DNA of 64,000 nt, taken from the NCBI GenBank assembly GCA_012295275.1, contig CM022667.1, forward strand, positions 6,014,001 to 6,078,000. Direction: 5' to 3'. This DNA is from Chrysomallon squamiferum (taxonomy: Eukaryota > Animalia > Mollusca). The translations under genes and the position numbers were made by a program. Every line of letters starts with the position of its first letter. Within the stretch, counting starts at the first letter, position 1. Under the pieces are notes generated by a model. That model searched no databases and was not told the origin of the DNA. It saw nothing but the letters and a program-made list of their open reading frames with translations. Positions 13,430 to 26,679 of the stretch are shown one piece after another.

Positions 13430-14126
13430 GTGAAACCATTCTGTTTCACTGAAAATAAAGCAATTCCCTTTAATTGAAGATTTCAAATATTTCTAGAATG
13501 TAATGTTGACAATACAAAAGCAATATAGAAGATACAATACTACATAAATAATGACAAGTGGACGGAACGACTCACATAATTCAGTTTTGGTACAAGTTGA
13601 TGGCTTTCCATCTCCTCCATCCTGACATTTCCATGTTCCAACATCTGTATCAGTGTTGAAAGACTGAATAGTTAGAGTTATCCGTGTTTGTGAGTCAACA
13701 ACAGCAGAGTAACCAGGTTGTCCTATACACCGAGTGTTTTGTCTGTTACATATTACAACTTGTGTTCCTCCTGGTGCTATGAAGATGATTCCACTGGTGA
13801 CTGAACCAGTTATTTTACACACCAACTGTGTACTGTGTCCTTGTTGTGCACCACCCACACAGTCAAGTGTTGTAGTAGCCTCACCTGTAATTATTATTAA
13901 ATACCAGGTATATCTATTATTTTTAATATTACAGTTATTTTACATACTATGTACTTGTTGTAGATACAGTCAGTTGTTGTAGTAGTCTCACCTGTAATTA
14001 TTATTATTATTTTAAGGTTTTATTCGTTTTATCTGTTGAAACAGTTTTACATTTGAAGGTGTTACCTTTAACTACACTCACAACAGAAATGACGAGGATA
14101 ACTCGACTGAAGACTCTAAGAAACAT
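6233..14126 (-). CDS. Gene B: IgSF receptor, leader-V-C2-C2-Ig-I-FN3-TM-ITAM tail; in-frame TAA early in the FN3 exon (truncated/secreted form, exon-skipped form, or pseudogene)
   Basis: Exons 14066-14126, 13576-13884, 11300-11560, 10468-10725, 9492-9770, 8546-8851, 7996-8295, 7428-7547, 7212-7245, 6914-6972, 6233-6342; all GT-AG and phase-compatible; TAA at 8276-8278. Confidence 0.8.
6914..6972 (-). CDS. Gene B cytoplasmic exon 2
   Basis: RQFNTGVQESPLYDDLQQSQ; phase 2-1; conserved in genes C and E. Confidence 0.75.
7212..7245 (-). CDS. Gene B cytoplasmic micro-exon 1
   Basis: EKSKSENTYTSR; 34 nt, phase 1-2; TAG/GTAAGC sites; conserved in C and E. Confidence 0.7.
7428..7547 (-). CDS. Gene B transmembrane exon
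   Basis: ECSQENFGLLGTGIGIGIGIVLGIELFIGAIVFFFCWKRK: hydrophobic stretch followed by basic stop-transfer KRK. Confidence 0.85.
7996..8295 (-). CDS. Gene B fibronectin type III exon (premature TAA at 8276-8278)
   Basis: GPPTVP*RVRTWSTGPHSVSVSW...FLVQYR...LQPNTRYLIRVLSFN: FN3 W/Y/LxPxTxY signature; 300 nt as in paralogs. Confidence 0.8.
8546..8851 (-). CDS. Gene B membrane-proximal I-set-like Ig exon lacking canonical Cys
   Basis: CSPRLDHRV...VTLHISVIANPVPTFTWYK...EDFGIYQVAVSN; 306 nt, phase 1-1. Confidence 0.85.
9492..9770 (-). CDS. Gene B Ig exon
   Basis: LRCEVDSNPAS...AGCLDTGFYTCEAGN (DxGxYxC); 279 nt, phase 1-1. Confidence 0.9.
10468..10725 (-). CDS. Gene B C2-like Ig exon
   Basis: YGPDSVKV...CEADCRTSCSFTW...QAGVYTCTAVN; 258 nt, phase 1-1. 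Confidence 0.9.
11300..11560 (-). CDS. Gene B C2-like Ig exon
   Basis: YGPDSVRL...CTSLCNPTCSYSW...YKCTANN; 261 nt, phase 1-1. Confidence 0.9.
13576..13884 (-). CDS. Gene B N-terminal V-like Ig exon (6 Cys)
   Basis: GEATTTLDCVGG...LVCKITG...LTIQSFNTDTDVGTWKC...CTKTEL; 309 nt, phase 1-1. Confidence 0.85.
14066..14126 (-). CDS. Gene B leader exon
   Basis: MFLRVFSRVILVISVVSVVK+G; 61 nt coding; CAG acceptor at 14133-14135 implies an upstream non-coding exon (candidate GTGAGT donor at 15223-15228). Confidence 0.75.
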
Positions 14127-16798
14127 TGTAACCTGAAAACAAACAGATAACAATTGTAAGTAAACAAGAAGTAAATGAATAATCTAATAGTACTATCTGA
14201 AATTTAAACAAGAACTTTATACTTATATTCTATCGCAGATCAATATTTATTCAAATATTTTTAGTTCACCCAGTATCTCATTTATAGAATACATGTTAGA
14301 AAAGTACTATCTCTTTACTGGGTTATCTTTCTTACATTTACTCCTGTTACGATAATAAAAACAGACATGATATTAAAATAGCTAAGTTTCATAAACTCAT
14401 TATCCCATAACAATTGTAAGTAAACAAGAACTACATAAACTAAAAGTACTATCTGAAATTTAAGAAAATTTATAATAGTTTATAATAGACCACGATTTAT
14501 TCAAATATTTGTTAGTACACTCAGTATCATATTTGTAGAATACGTATTAGAAAATTAATATCTCTTTAGTGGTTTATCGTTTTAACATTTACTCCTGTTC
14601 AGATAGTATTAAAGAACATGAGATTAGCGATACCTAAATCTCATACACCCGTTAACCCCAAAGTATTATGATAAATTATACAAGATGCAGATATTCCTTT
14701 TAAGTTTTTACTCTATTTTCTTAAATGTTTTTATTATTTTTTAAGACACTGTAGAGTCAAAATTCATTAAAATCTAAACGGAATGAAACGCTGCTGTCAC
14801 ACAATTTTGTCAGTTACAAATATTGCCTTATTATAGAGTAGAAAATAAATACTACGACTTCTGATAACTTGTCACTGAGTCCATGAGAAACAAACACAAT
14901 GATAGGGAGAATCGATAAGAACTGAACCTGCGACCAGTGACAGGTTAAATTACTGAGTAACTGTTTATTGTCAGTCACATTTGAAGAAACTTTCTTAATA
15001 TAGAACAGTGTAACACTGACCTACATAACTTGATATCTCTAAACGGAATTCTGCCTTTCGTATTCAACAAGGGAAAAAAAAAAAAAATAAAAACCCAAAA
15101 CCCCAGAGAAGTTTTAAAAATAAATCGTATAAATTGTCAGTTTTCAGATACTTTATACTGTTTAAACAAATATAAACAATAATAAATCTATTTGTTGATA
15201 AAACACATTAAAAAAACGAGAGACTCACAAAAGTCTTTTGCTGGGTTCACAAAACAGCATCCAGGAAGTAAATTAAACAACTAAGTCGCACCCGTTCAGA
15301 TGTTAATCTTGTTTCGGTTTTTTTCAACTCGATCTACTATTTCTGTTTTACTGTTGTTACTGTATACTTTTGTGTCACGATGCACAGCGCTGTAAATAAT
15401 TATTACTTCTAAATAGTTGTAACCACTGAGGTGATAAGAAAATATCTACGAGTTACAGCAGACTATAAACACACAAACATCAACACAACAGAACTCGTCC
15501 TGTGTACATCACACTCGCGTGTTTCATATTTAAATTATTGCCACTTGACACGTACCAGACAATATTTGTAAAACAATTTATTTTCAACGTCCTATGCGAT
15601 CTGTAGAGGCAAGATTTTACCTTGACAGATATTTACATAGCCTACACAAGACATTTTATTACTTGTTTATTTATTAAAATAAACAGTTACCGCCCTCGGT
15701 TTGGTTTTCGCAGCAAACTGAAAGTTTCGTATATGCGAGATTCTACAGAAAATCTCGTGGCCTATATAAAAAAAAACACTCGAATACAATTACGTCCTGA
15801 TAGTTTGGTGTACGCATGATTTTCACTAACTAGTTTTCTTTGTTCTTGTGAGCCTGGTGTTTAGGTCAGATACAAACAAAATTATCGTTGGAATCAGCGC
15901 TCTAGTCGACTGCCTAGTTTGCCCAAAACGTAATGTTTTCTAAATCAGATTTATTTGTTTACAACATAAATATAAGTCAAAGCTAAAGCAAACTGTTAAG
16001 TAATCAGCACAAGAACACACTGTACATAATTTATTACGTGGAGAAGTAGTGGAGTAGGGTTACTTTGTAATCTGTTTGTGATTTTGTAAAACATCATCCC
16101 AACTTTCCTCTGCTACAATTTCCTAATTTATAGCCAGTGTGAATGTCAGGTTTACTACGTGATCTAATTTTACCCACACATTTTGCCCATTTCTCTTATA
16201 ATTCCTCACGTTTTAATTGAACTTTTTAAATTATTATAATTTTAATAGGAATTCTTAAGTAAAAACAGAAATCAATTATGATAAAAACTGAATATTTAGA
16301 CAAGTAATTAATGAGCATATTCTGTTCTGTTTATTAATTAGTATGCAAATTAGGTGGGGTTTTTTATATTAACATTAGCATATCTATATATAATTCAAAT
16401 AGTGATTAACAGTTGATATAATATTATGCTTATAAAATACATATTAATATTGAGATCAAGGTAAGAATTAAAAGTATTTGTGTTAGAGATTACATATGAA
16501 CTCATTCATTTCTCTCCTCTTTCATTCAAAATGACAGATCACAGATAAGATCATGAACTGAAATGTAAAAAGAAAAATTCATTTATTTATTTAGTTAGAT
16601 TATTTTCGTTTATTTTTCTCTTTTTTCTACACTGTTATTTTGTTATTATTATTTCTATCACACACTGTTGTGTCAATTATTATAGAACTGTAATAGGGTT
16701 TGTGAATCTACATAGTAATAACAAAACAAAACGCAATACATAAATATTATTTTTATTTGAAATTACATAATAAAGCCGTTTTACTAATATATTTCTAT

Positions 16799-16888
<90 letters not shown>

Positions 16889-17050
16889 AACCAGGCACAG
16901 AGACAGACACGTGTACAATTCAGGTATTTGTAAAGATATTACTTAATCTGAAAATATCATCAATTGTCAGACATTAGTTCAGTGTCATTCACATCACTGT
17001 TCTTTATATAAACTAATATGAAATACAAGACTCAAACAAAACATCTGAAT

Positions 17051-17160
17051 TCAACCTGTGACTTGTGAGTTTTCATAGACAGTGAGTACAGAATATGGTG
17101 AGTCTTTTCTAGCTTCCAGAGATGAGTAATTGTTTGTAGTGTCTGTGTTTCTGTCAGTAT
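17051..17160 (-). CDS. Gene C terminal ITAM-type exon
   Basis: DTDRNTDTTNNYSSLEARKDSPYSVLTVYENSQVTG*. Confidence 0.7.
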
Positions 17161-17702
17161 CTGAAACATAATCTTGATTATACAGGTACACAGAATATAA
17201 TTATACTAACAGTATAAAAAAGTAAAACAGGAAGTAACACAGTTAGTTCTCGCTGTACTTGAGATCACTAACAATATTTAAAGTAATAACATGTGTTGTG
17301 TTATTTTATTTTGTTTGTTTGTTGTTGTTTTTTTAATTCTCACAAATTACATTTCAAAAGCAAATTAAAAACAATAAATGTTAACATAAAACTTAAACAA
17401 TGTATACTTCTACTGATTATTTTCCTTTATTTTAAAAAATCAGCTAAATCATAAAAACAAATGAAGTGTAAATATTTATGTTTATTATTATTTTGTATTT
17501 ATTTTTTGTTGTAGATTTACCACTTTATTCTTTAACACAATTGCTGATCAAATCCTTTATATGTTAGTTATTTAATATTAGAACAATAAAATAAGACTTT
17601 GTATTTTAAGAAACAAAGAAAGCAGACACAGCATGTCTCTGATTTAACAGGCAGCATCACAGAAACTCTTGAATCTTTTACACTTTGCATTTATATACTG
17701 AC

Positions 17703-17761
17703 CTTGACTTTGTCGAAGATTGTCATAGAGAGATGATTCCTGTAATCCAGTGTTAAACTGT
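17703..17761 (-). CDS. Gene C cytoplasmic exon 2
   Basis: RQFNTGLQESSLYDNLRQSQ. Confidence 0.65.
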
Positions 17762-18002
17762 CTGAAACAAACAAAACACTGAGAACTGGAGAATTATTGA
17801 ATTTTGGTTTATTTAATCTATTTCACTTCTGTGTGTATGTACAGGCATGAATACCTATGTGTGTATAGTTTTTCGTCCGTAATAATTTCTTTTCTTTTCC
17901 AAATACCCTTTTGACTAATTAACATAATATCTATTTTTCAGTTAAAAGGAAGACGACTTACATATTGTGTTTCTATTTCTTCTTCACATTTTCCTAGCTT
18001 AC

Positions 18003-18036
18003 CTTGATGTTTACGTGTTCTCACTCTTAGACTTTT
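18003..18036 (-). CDS. Gene C cytoplasmic micro-exon 1 with premature stop
   Basis: EKSKSENT* (TAA at 18011-18013; TAC in B and E). Confidence 0.65.
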
Positions 18037-18197
18037 CTAAAATAAAAATAAATATTAGAAATGTAAAATAACTCTTATTAATATTTGTTTATATATGATA
18101 AACAAAATTTATAATATTCAAAATGTTGAGAGCACGAAGCAAAGAACATTATTCATTATTTGTTATAATACTTTTTTCAGTGTACTTGTAAATTTAC

Positions 18198-18317
18198 CTT
18201 TTCTCTTCCAGCAGGAAAAGAAAATAATTGCCCCTATGAAAAGTTCTATTCCCAATACTATTCCAATTCCAATACCAATTCCTGTTTCTAGTAAACCATC
18301 TTTTTCTTGCGAAAATT
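18198..18317 (-). CDS. Gene C transmembrane exon
   Basis: EFSQEKDGLLETGIGIGIGIVLGIELFIGAIIFFSCWKRK. Confidence 0.8.
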
Positions 18318-18425
18318 CTGAAGATTAAATAAATAAAACAGAACGTGTAAATATCCTGTAAAAGAAACAGCAAGTTGGTCTCAGATATTACATTTTTAAT
18401 TTAACTATCTATTAATCTGTTGTGA

Positions 18426-18518
<93 letters not shown>

Positions 18519-18717
18519 GATACACAAAAATATATTAGACATATACGGTGTTAGCTGAGATTTACTATGATAAGATGCAGATTACTTTTTGTATAAACAA
18601 TTACAAACACCCCAGTATAGATTTTTATTCGCGTTTTAAATTAATCACTTTTTAAATGAACGTTCTTTGTTGCACGAATCAGTTCAAAAACATAACTTCG
18701 CGTTGTTGTATTTTTAC

Positions 18718-19017
18718 CATAGATGAAAAGATGCTGTTCATTCGTTGAGGTTTTGAATCCAAATTTGTTAAAAGCCAAAACTCGAATCAGATATCTGCTG
18801 TTTGGTTGTAAACTAGAAATCTCTGCTGTGTGATTTGTGTGAAGACCTTTTTCACCAAACTGTTCAGTGAGATTTGTCCACTCAGATGTTGTGTCTGCTC
18901 GATACTGTACAAGAAATGTCTGTTGTGATCCTCCATTAAATTCTTCTGTCCAAGACACAGACACTGAATGTGGACCAGTACTCCAAATTCTCACGTCAGA
19001 TGGAACATTTGGAGGAC
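18718..19017 (-). CDS. Gene C FN3 exon
   Basis: GPPNVPSDVRIWSTGPHSVSVSW...LQPNSRYLIRVLAFNKFG; 300 nt, open. Confidence 0.85.
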
Positions 19018-19291
19018 CTTCAAGTTGAAAGCGTTACAAAATAGTGAAAAACAAAAAGTAGTGAACAATGAATTTTGTTTAAACGCTATTGATATTATGC
19101 AATATCTATCTATCTGCCTATTTTTAAATAAGGATATACATAATGATCAGCAAATCGGTATTTCAGACAAAATTAAACGATGCCATATTTCAGCACATAA
19201 TATAAATGAAAACAACCGAGACTGAAATACTAGTCTAAGTAGATGAAAAGTTGTGTGGGATAAATGTTTTTCATTCTAACTTTGTTTTTAC

Positions 19292-19597
19292 CTATTTGAC
19301 TGAGAAATAAATTCAAGACAAGATCCTTCCTTGAGCCTCCATTTGACACAACAACCTGATAAATTCCAAAATCTTCTTGTTTAACATTTGTCAGTTTATA
19401 TTCACCTACAGCAGACACATTTGTAGTGTTTACAGATTGTGTAGATCCAAGACTTTTATTGTTTACATCTGTGAGTTTATACCAGGTAAATGTTGGAACT
19501 GGATTGGAAATCACAGAAATGTGTAGAGTTACATTTCCACCTTTTACAGCAGCAAATTTGTCCTGAAATGAAACTCGATGATCCAGTCTGGGTGAAC
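19292..19597 (-). CDS. Gene C Cys-less I-like Ig exon
   Basis: CSPRLDHRVSFQDKF...ISNPVPTFTWYK...EDFGIYQVVVSN; 306 nt. Confidence 0.85.
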
Positions 19598-19651
19598 CTG
19601 AAGAAAATAAGTTCCTTATGATTCACATGCCAACAAAAGATATTTAAAAGA

Positions 19652-19686
<35 letters not shown>

Positions 19687-20718
19687 AATTGCGAAGGACG
19701 ACATTCAGGAGAAACACTGTAAATACAAAATTAATTAAACTTTTCTAAATGACAGTAAGCTATATTGGACCCTGCCTCAGCAATATTGTATTGTGGGAAA
19801 AGCAACAAGTCAATATAATAGCTTAACAATTAAAACATAATACAGACAGTAAAATTCTGTATCTGCTAGCAGAAAATACAACTGTATGTAAACAACAAAT
19901 GTAAAGTAACAATGTGAACTATTCTGAAAAAGTAACTGAAAGAAACAAATTTCAGTATGAATTTTTTATTGAGATGATAATTAAAAAAGATGGTTGAAAA
20001 CAGACATGAATAAAAAGGTCTTGTTTCCCATTTCTGATCTAGATTTGTTTTCTTCACAAATGCTAAACAGCCCTTTATATTCACCAGTGAGCTGATTGAT
20101 TTCGGACTTTTTTGTTACCACTTTGTAAGCATAGTCTTGTTTCTAAAGTATTCATTCTTTTGTACCTATGAAATGGATTGTTAAAATTCTGATACCAAAT
20201 ACATAAAACATCACTAACATCAGTTAATTACAACATTTAGTAACTTGAGGATATAAAATTATAGTGACTTTTTTGTATTATTATCATGTTTTTTCTCTTT
20301 TCTTTTTTTTTGTATTTTATCTGCATTAAACAATTGGGACTTGTGAAAACACTAATAACAATTATTGTCTGTGAATGTGGTATGTCAGAAGTAAGGTAAA
20401 TGTCTTTTACTAGTGTATTTTGAAAAACTATATTAATTAACAGACTGCATGTCCCAGAAGTACACAATATCTGATTTGGCAAATCAAATAATTATGTTAT
20501 ATGTACAGCTTATAATCAGTTTTTTAATTAAATGTTTTTCTTCAAATACTGTTATTTTTCATCTTATTAATTCATGACTTGAAACTGCATCTGCTTGGTT
20601 CACATAGCAAAATTGTTTAATTTACTGGTTTTTGAAAATGTTTTTAAAAATATACATATGACTATCGTTTAAATATCCCAGAATAAATCTATATTATTAA
20701 AGACAAAGAGTGACATAC

Positions 20719-20997
20719 ATGTAACAAGAAGCTGCACACTTTGACTGACATCAGACTTGATGTTGTTTCCTGCTTCACAAGTGTAAAATCCTGTATCCAG
20801 ACATCCAGCTTCATTTCAGCTGTACTCCACTGACTTGGAGATTTTCACTTCACGTAGAATGTGTGAGTTGTTTAACAGTTTGATGTGAGATGCTGGATTA
20901 CTGTCAACTTCACATCTCAGAGACACATCAGTCAGTTCATCAACTGTTATCTTTGTAGACTTTGAGTTTAAAGTCAAAGATGTTATTGAAGTCTGAT
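20719..20997 (-). CDS. Gene C Ig exon with premature TGA
   Basis: Near-identical to 9492-9770 and 45302-45580, but YSWNE reads YS*NE (20816-20818). Confidence 0.75.
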
Positions 20998-22222
20998 CTG
21001 CAAAATGTAAAAAGAAAATGAAATATTATTTTAAACAAAGTTTGCCATTAAATTCCAACTAAGCTGTCATGACAAAGTAATCAACTTTTATTCATATCCT
21101 GTATTAATACAGTATAACATAACAATATGTACATTTATCACAACACTCAATTAAATAAATAAATAAATAAAAAACACTTAATATGTTTGAAAATATAAGT
21201 TCAATTTAGATCTCTCTTTCTCCTTCTTTGTGTGGGGGAGGGAGGGAAGGTGAAAGAAAGAATGAGTATGTATGTGTGCTAACTTCTACTGTCTAACAGT
21301 ACAATCTCTGCCATTAAAAACAAAAGCTAAATTCAGAGCATTACCAAAGCATAATTTACACTTATATAAATTTATTATGAGCTAATTTTATATATACCTG
21401 CAACACATTTAGAATTACAAATCATACGGCACATGGTATTGACTATGCAGGTACAACAAATTGCTCTCTGCATCCTATCAGCCAAACTAAGATGTAATAT
21501 TATGGAAATTATGACTGACTCACTGCATTTCAACAGCTGAAAAACAGCCAGTGATGAGGGCTTCTTTACTATTACAGGGAGAGAGTTTATACAGAATATG
21601 TAAAACAAACAAAAGACAGAACATACACTGCTAATAACACAGAATATGAAACAAAGGCAAGTTGCAGGTAAAAGTCTCAGATTACATACACTGTTTCAGT
21701 CAAGTTACTTATAACTTCTAACAAAATTTACAGATGCATAGCTAGAGGAGATGGAGATGAACATATTTAATGTAGCCACTTTCACATAGACATTGCTAGA
21801 GTATAAGCATCTAATGGCAAGCAGAAAACCACAGCGGTCATCAAGAGCTCCATTTTCTATTTTTTTTTTTTTTTTTAACTTTAAACCTTTTGACCTCTAT
21901 ACCATATATTTTGGTTTTATTGATACTATGAAGCAATAGTAAACTTTGTTCTGATTTTGACTGTATGAGAAGTGTTACTAATTATAAAGCAGTCAACAGA
22001 AATAATTAACAGACAACTTTATGAAAAGTGATATTAAATTAGATTGTTCATTCAACTGAGAACTGATATAATTATTTTTATGTCAGCTGGTTCTTACTAA
22101 CCGTTACCCTGATATGCTAAATACAAACTTTCAGTGTGAAATAAATATATTCTACATGTGCTCAAAGCTTCTATTATTATTGTTCTTATTGTTCTTTATG
22201 TTACAAGAACATAGTTACTTAC

Positions 22223-22477
22223 ACTGAACATCCAAGGTAACAGTTTTGTTTTTTGACTTGTTTGTGTTTGCATTGGTGACAGTACACACACAAACTCCAG
22301 CCTCTGTTCTGTGTATTTGTGTAAAAGAAAGTACAGCATCGTTTATTTCCTTTCTTTGACACTTCCACTTGTAAGAGCAGACTTCATCACAGTCTGCCTC
22401 ACACGAAACAGCCACGTTTTTACCTTCTACTATCTGTACTGGTGAACTTCTGTTCAGTTTAACGTTATCTGGACCAT
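22223..22477 (-). CDS. Gene C C2-like Ig exon
   Basis: YGPDNVKL...CEADCDEVCSYKW...EAGVCVCTVTN; 255 nt. Confidence 0.85.
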
Positions 22478-23236
22478 CTGAAAATCAAAATAAAATGTTT
22501 TCTGTATTAAAACTGTAATAATGCACATCCATGTGTATCTGTGTCTCTGTTAATGAAGAAGGGAGAAATATTGTATTTAAGGTTTACCCTGACAAAGAAA
22601 GGACAAACAACAGTCTTTGAACAATCATTGATAAATTACTGCCTAGGAATGGATATGACCCAATGGAAGTACCAAGTAAGTGTATACCTAGAAACTATAA
22701 CATGTAAACATTTTGTGTACTTCCAAGAGATTGATCTGTGTTTTACTTGAAAGTGAATTTTAACTAACAACAAAGTAAAATACCAAATGTAACCAGGTTC
22801 CAAGTATCTGACAGTCCTGTTCTTTATAGCAGTGAAATCCTTGACTACAAAGTGGACAAATTCTAATGTTCTTTAAAAAATATTTTGTTCACATTGCAAT
22901 ATGTCATCAAATACTTCTTTAAGGACTTATAGACATTTCTAAACAAAGTTATTTATTATTATCCAGTTCTCTAACAATCCTCTTTTAGTACAAAATAAAT
23001 TATAAAAACAAAATATTGCTGCTTCTACACAGAGCCCTGAATTTTTGAATTAATAATAGGACATTACCTCTAACCCATAACCACTACTACTATTAATATA
23101 AATAATATAAATAATATAAAATAATTTGACAACACTGAAAAAAAAAATGAAAAAACATAATAATAATAATAATAATAATAATATAAATCAGTTATAAATA
23201 AATAAATTTCTAAGATTATTTTTAAATAAAACTCAC

Positions 23237-23491
23237 AGTGTACTTTCAGAGTGAAACTTTTAGTGAGAGATTTGGCTGAGACTCTGTTAGTCACAGTACA
23301 TGTGTACTTCTGTCCTGTCTGGTTTCTTCTCACATTTGTAACACTGAGCTCAGACCCTGACTCAGTCTGTTGATTGTTAAGAGACCAGGAAAACAAACAT
23401 GGCGGCTTGCAGACAGCAACACAGTTTACATTCAAATCATCTCCTTCGTCAACATTTCCTGGTAAACTGAACACAACACTGTCTGGCCCAC
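23237..23491 (-). CDS. Gene C C2-like Ig exon (cassette 3)
   Basis: GPDSVVFSLPG...CVAVCKPPCLFSW...YTCTVTN; 255 nt. Confidence 0.9.
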
Positions 23492-23737
23492 CTAAAAATA
23501 AAATAAAATAAAATAAATAAATAATAAATAATATAAACATAAACATGTTCACTAAATACAGCACAGTCTCAATTACCTCAAACAGATTCTTTACTTACAA
23601 CTTCTTGTAATCTAAGTATGTTTATATATAAGATTCGGTAATTTAAAATATTTCATCTTTTTTTATTACAAGTACCACTGAATGTTAAATACAGCAGTGT
23701 TTCTCAAACTGTTATAAAAATGTAATTATTTACTTAC

Positions 23738-24100
23738 TGCTCATTTCTAATCTCAGTGTATTACTGGACACTAGAGCACTATTCAGTGTACAAAACCAGT
23801 CTGTGACATCCTGATCTGAAGCTTTGTTAATTGTCAGAGAATAGTTCTTAGTGGTTGACAGGCTGCTGTTTGTCCCATCTCCACACTCTACAGAATAATC
23901 GAAACCTTCAGGTGGAGAATTAAACACAGAACACTGATCTGGCTTCTGTCTCAGTGAACCAATACTAGAACTGCGACTATTGTTATAAAAGTATATTAAG
24001 TCATCAAGATGTTCAGCACCTGACACTGTACAAGTCAGAGTAAACTGTTTGTCTTTGACTAAATGAGATGAAGATCCAGACAAAGTCAGTGAAACACAAT
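23738..24100 (-). CDS. Gene C V-like Ig exon (cassette 3)
   Basis: CVSLTLSG...FTLTCTVSG...YSLTINKASDQDVTDWFC; 363 nt, phase 1-1. Confidence 0.9.
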
Positions 24101-24488
24101 CTGTAAAGTAAAATATGAAACTTGTTTTGTTTGTGAAATAAAATTGTACTTATTTATTCAATTGTTATTTTTGTGTTTATTATTTTTATTATGCAATCTG
24201 CAAGGTGTTGTGAATTTTAAGAGTTCCCTTAAAAATTACAGTTGTCTCCATAAATTACAAATAATAAGTTAAATGCTTAGAAAATACAGAAAATGCTCTT
24301 TATGTTATATTTAAAACAAACTAACATAAGAGAAACTAACGTAACAAGATACATTAAAACTGTTAGATAACTACTTTGTATTGCCTGTGAATATATTTAC
24401 CTCTAGACTGTATACAGTCATAATAAAATAACAAATGAATTATTTCTTTTCTGTACTTGTTATAAACATCATTAAAAGTTACTTTTAG

Positions 24489-24540
<52 letters not shown>

Positions 24541-24830
24541 TAAATGATTTTCATTTCCAAGACAATAAATGTATTCCACTGTTTCATAATCAGAAGATAT
24601 ATTTAAATATTAACTTTTTATTAACTTTAAATTGCAAAAATAATAATAAGTATCAGAAGTTTTCATTACAAATAATGCATTTTAATATTTTATGAATACG
24701 TTTAAAATTTAAAACGAGATAATTTATTTAATATTCAAAACTAATAACTGTATAATACTAATTATAATGTATTAATTTAGATCAGTTATAAATAAATACA
24801 TTTCTAAGATTATTTTTAAATAAAACTCAC

Positions 24831-25085
24831 AGTGTACTTTCAGAGTGAAACTTTTAGTGAGAGATTTGGCTGAGACTCTGTTAGTCACAGTACATGTGTA
24901 CTTCTGTCCTGTCTGGTTTCTTCTCACATTTGTAACACTGAGCTCAGACCCTGACTCAGTCTGTTGATTGTTAAGAGACCAGGAAAACAAACATGGCGGC
25001 TTGCAGACAGCAACACAGTTTACATTCAAATCATCTCCTTCGTCAACATTTCCTGGTAAACTGAACACAACACTGTCTGGCCCAC
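24831..25085 (-). CDS. Gene C C2-like Ig exon (cassette 2)
   Basis: Same peptide as 23237-23491. Confidence 0.85.
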
Positions 25086-25330
25086 CTAAAAATAAAATAA
25101 AATAAAATAAATAAATAATAAATAATATAAACATAAACATGTTCACTAAATACAGCACAGTCTCAATTACCTCAAACAGATTCTTTACTTACAACTTCTT
25201 GTAATCTAAGTATGTTTATATATAAGATTCGGTAATTTAAAATATTTCATCTTTTTTATTACAAGTACCACTGAATGTTAAATACAGCAGTGTTTCTCAA
25301 ACTGTTATAAAAATGTAATTATTTACTTAC

Positions 25331-25693
25331 TGCTCATTTCTAATCTCAGTGTGTTACTGGACACTAGAGCACTATTCAGTGTACAAAACCAGTCTGTGAC
25401 ATCCTGATCTGAAGCTTTGTTAATTGTCAGAGAATAGTTCTTAGTGGTTGACAGGCTGCTGTTTGTCCCATCTCCACACTCTACAGAATAATCGAAACCT
25501 TCAGGTGGAGAATTAAACACAGAACACTGATCTGGCTTCTGTCTCAGTGAACCAATACTAGAACTGCGACTATTGTTATAAAAGTATATTAAGTCATCAA
25601 GATGTTCAGCACCTGACACTGTACAAGTCAGAGTAAACTGTTTGTCTTTGACTAAATGAGATGAAGATCCAGACAAAGTCAGTGAAACACAAT
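25331..25693 (-). CDS. Gene C V-like Ig exon (cassette 2)
   Basis: Same peptide as 23738-24100. Confidence 0.85.
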
Positions 25694-26081
25694 CTGTAAA
25701 GTAAAATATGAAACTTGTTTTGTTTGTGAAATAAAATTGTACTTATTTATTCAATTGTTATTTTTGTGTTTATTATTTTTATTATGCAATCTGCAAGGTG
25801 TTGTGAATTTTAAGAGTTCCCTTAAAAATTACAGTTGTCTCCATAAATTACAAATAATAAGTTAAATGCTTAGAAAATACAGAAAATGCTCTTTATGTTA
25901 TATTTAAAACAAACTAACATAAGAGAAACTAACGTAACAAGATACATTAAAACTGTTAGATAACTACTTTGTATTGCCTGTGAATATATTTACCTCTAGA
26001 CTGTATACAGTCATAATAAAATAACAAATGAATTATTTCTTTTCTGTACTTGTTATAAACATCATTAAAAGTTACTTTTAG

Positions 26082-26133
<52 letters not shown>

Positions 26134-26424
26134 TAAATGATTTTCATTTCCAAGACAATAAATGTATTCCACTGTTTCATAATCAGAAGATATATTTAAA
26201 TATTAACTTTTTATTAACTTTAAATTGCAAAAATAATAATAAGTATCAGAAGTTTTCACTTACAAATAATGCATTTTAATATTTTATGAATACGTTTAAA
26301 ATTTAAAACGAGATAATTTATTTAATATTCAAAACTAATAACTGTATAATACTAATTATAATGTATTAATTTAGATCAGTTATAAATAAATACATTTCTA
26401 AGATTATTTTTAAATAAAACTCAC

Positions 26425-26679
26425 AGTGTACTTTCAGAGTGAAACTTTTAGTGAGAGATTTGGCTGAGACTCTGTTAGTCACAGTACATGTGTACTTCTG
26501 TCCTGTCTGGTTTCTTCTCACATTTGTAAGACTGAGCTCAGACCCTGACTCAGTCTGTTGATTGTTAAGAGACCAGGAAAACAAACATGGCGGCTTGCAG
26601 ACAGCAGCACAGTTTACATTCAAATCATCTCCTTCTTCAACATTTCCTGGTAAATTGAACACAACACTATCCGGTCCAC
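26425..26679 (-). CDS. Gene C C2-like Ig exon (cassette 1)
   Basis: Variant FNLPGNVEEGDD...CAAVCKPPC; 255 nt. Confidence 0.9.

Noticed and set aside
21375-22750. Short ORFs repeated in both duplicates (21375/45968, 22541/47108, 1804/56361)
   Set aside because: Conservation reflects recent duplication of intronic or intergenic DNA, not coding constraint
23234-23240. CACAGTG heptamer at C2 exon ends suggesting RAG-type recombination signals
   Set aside because: It is the reverse complement of the His codon plus splice donor (CAC T|GTGAG); no ACAAAAACC nonamer at 12/23 spacing; V exons are ordinary spliced exons
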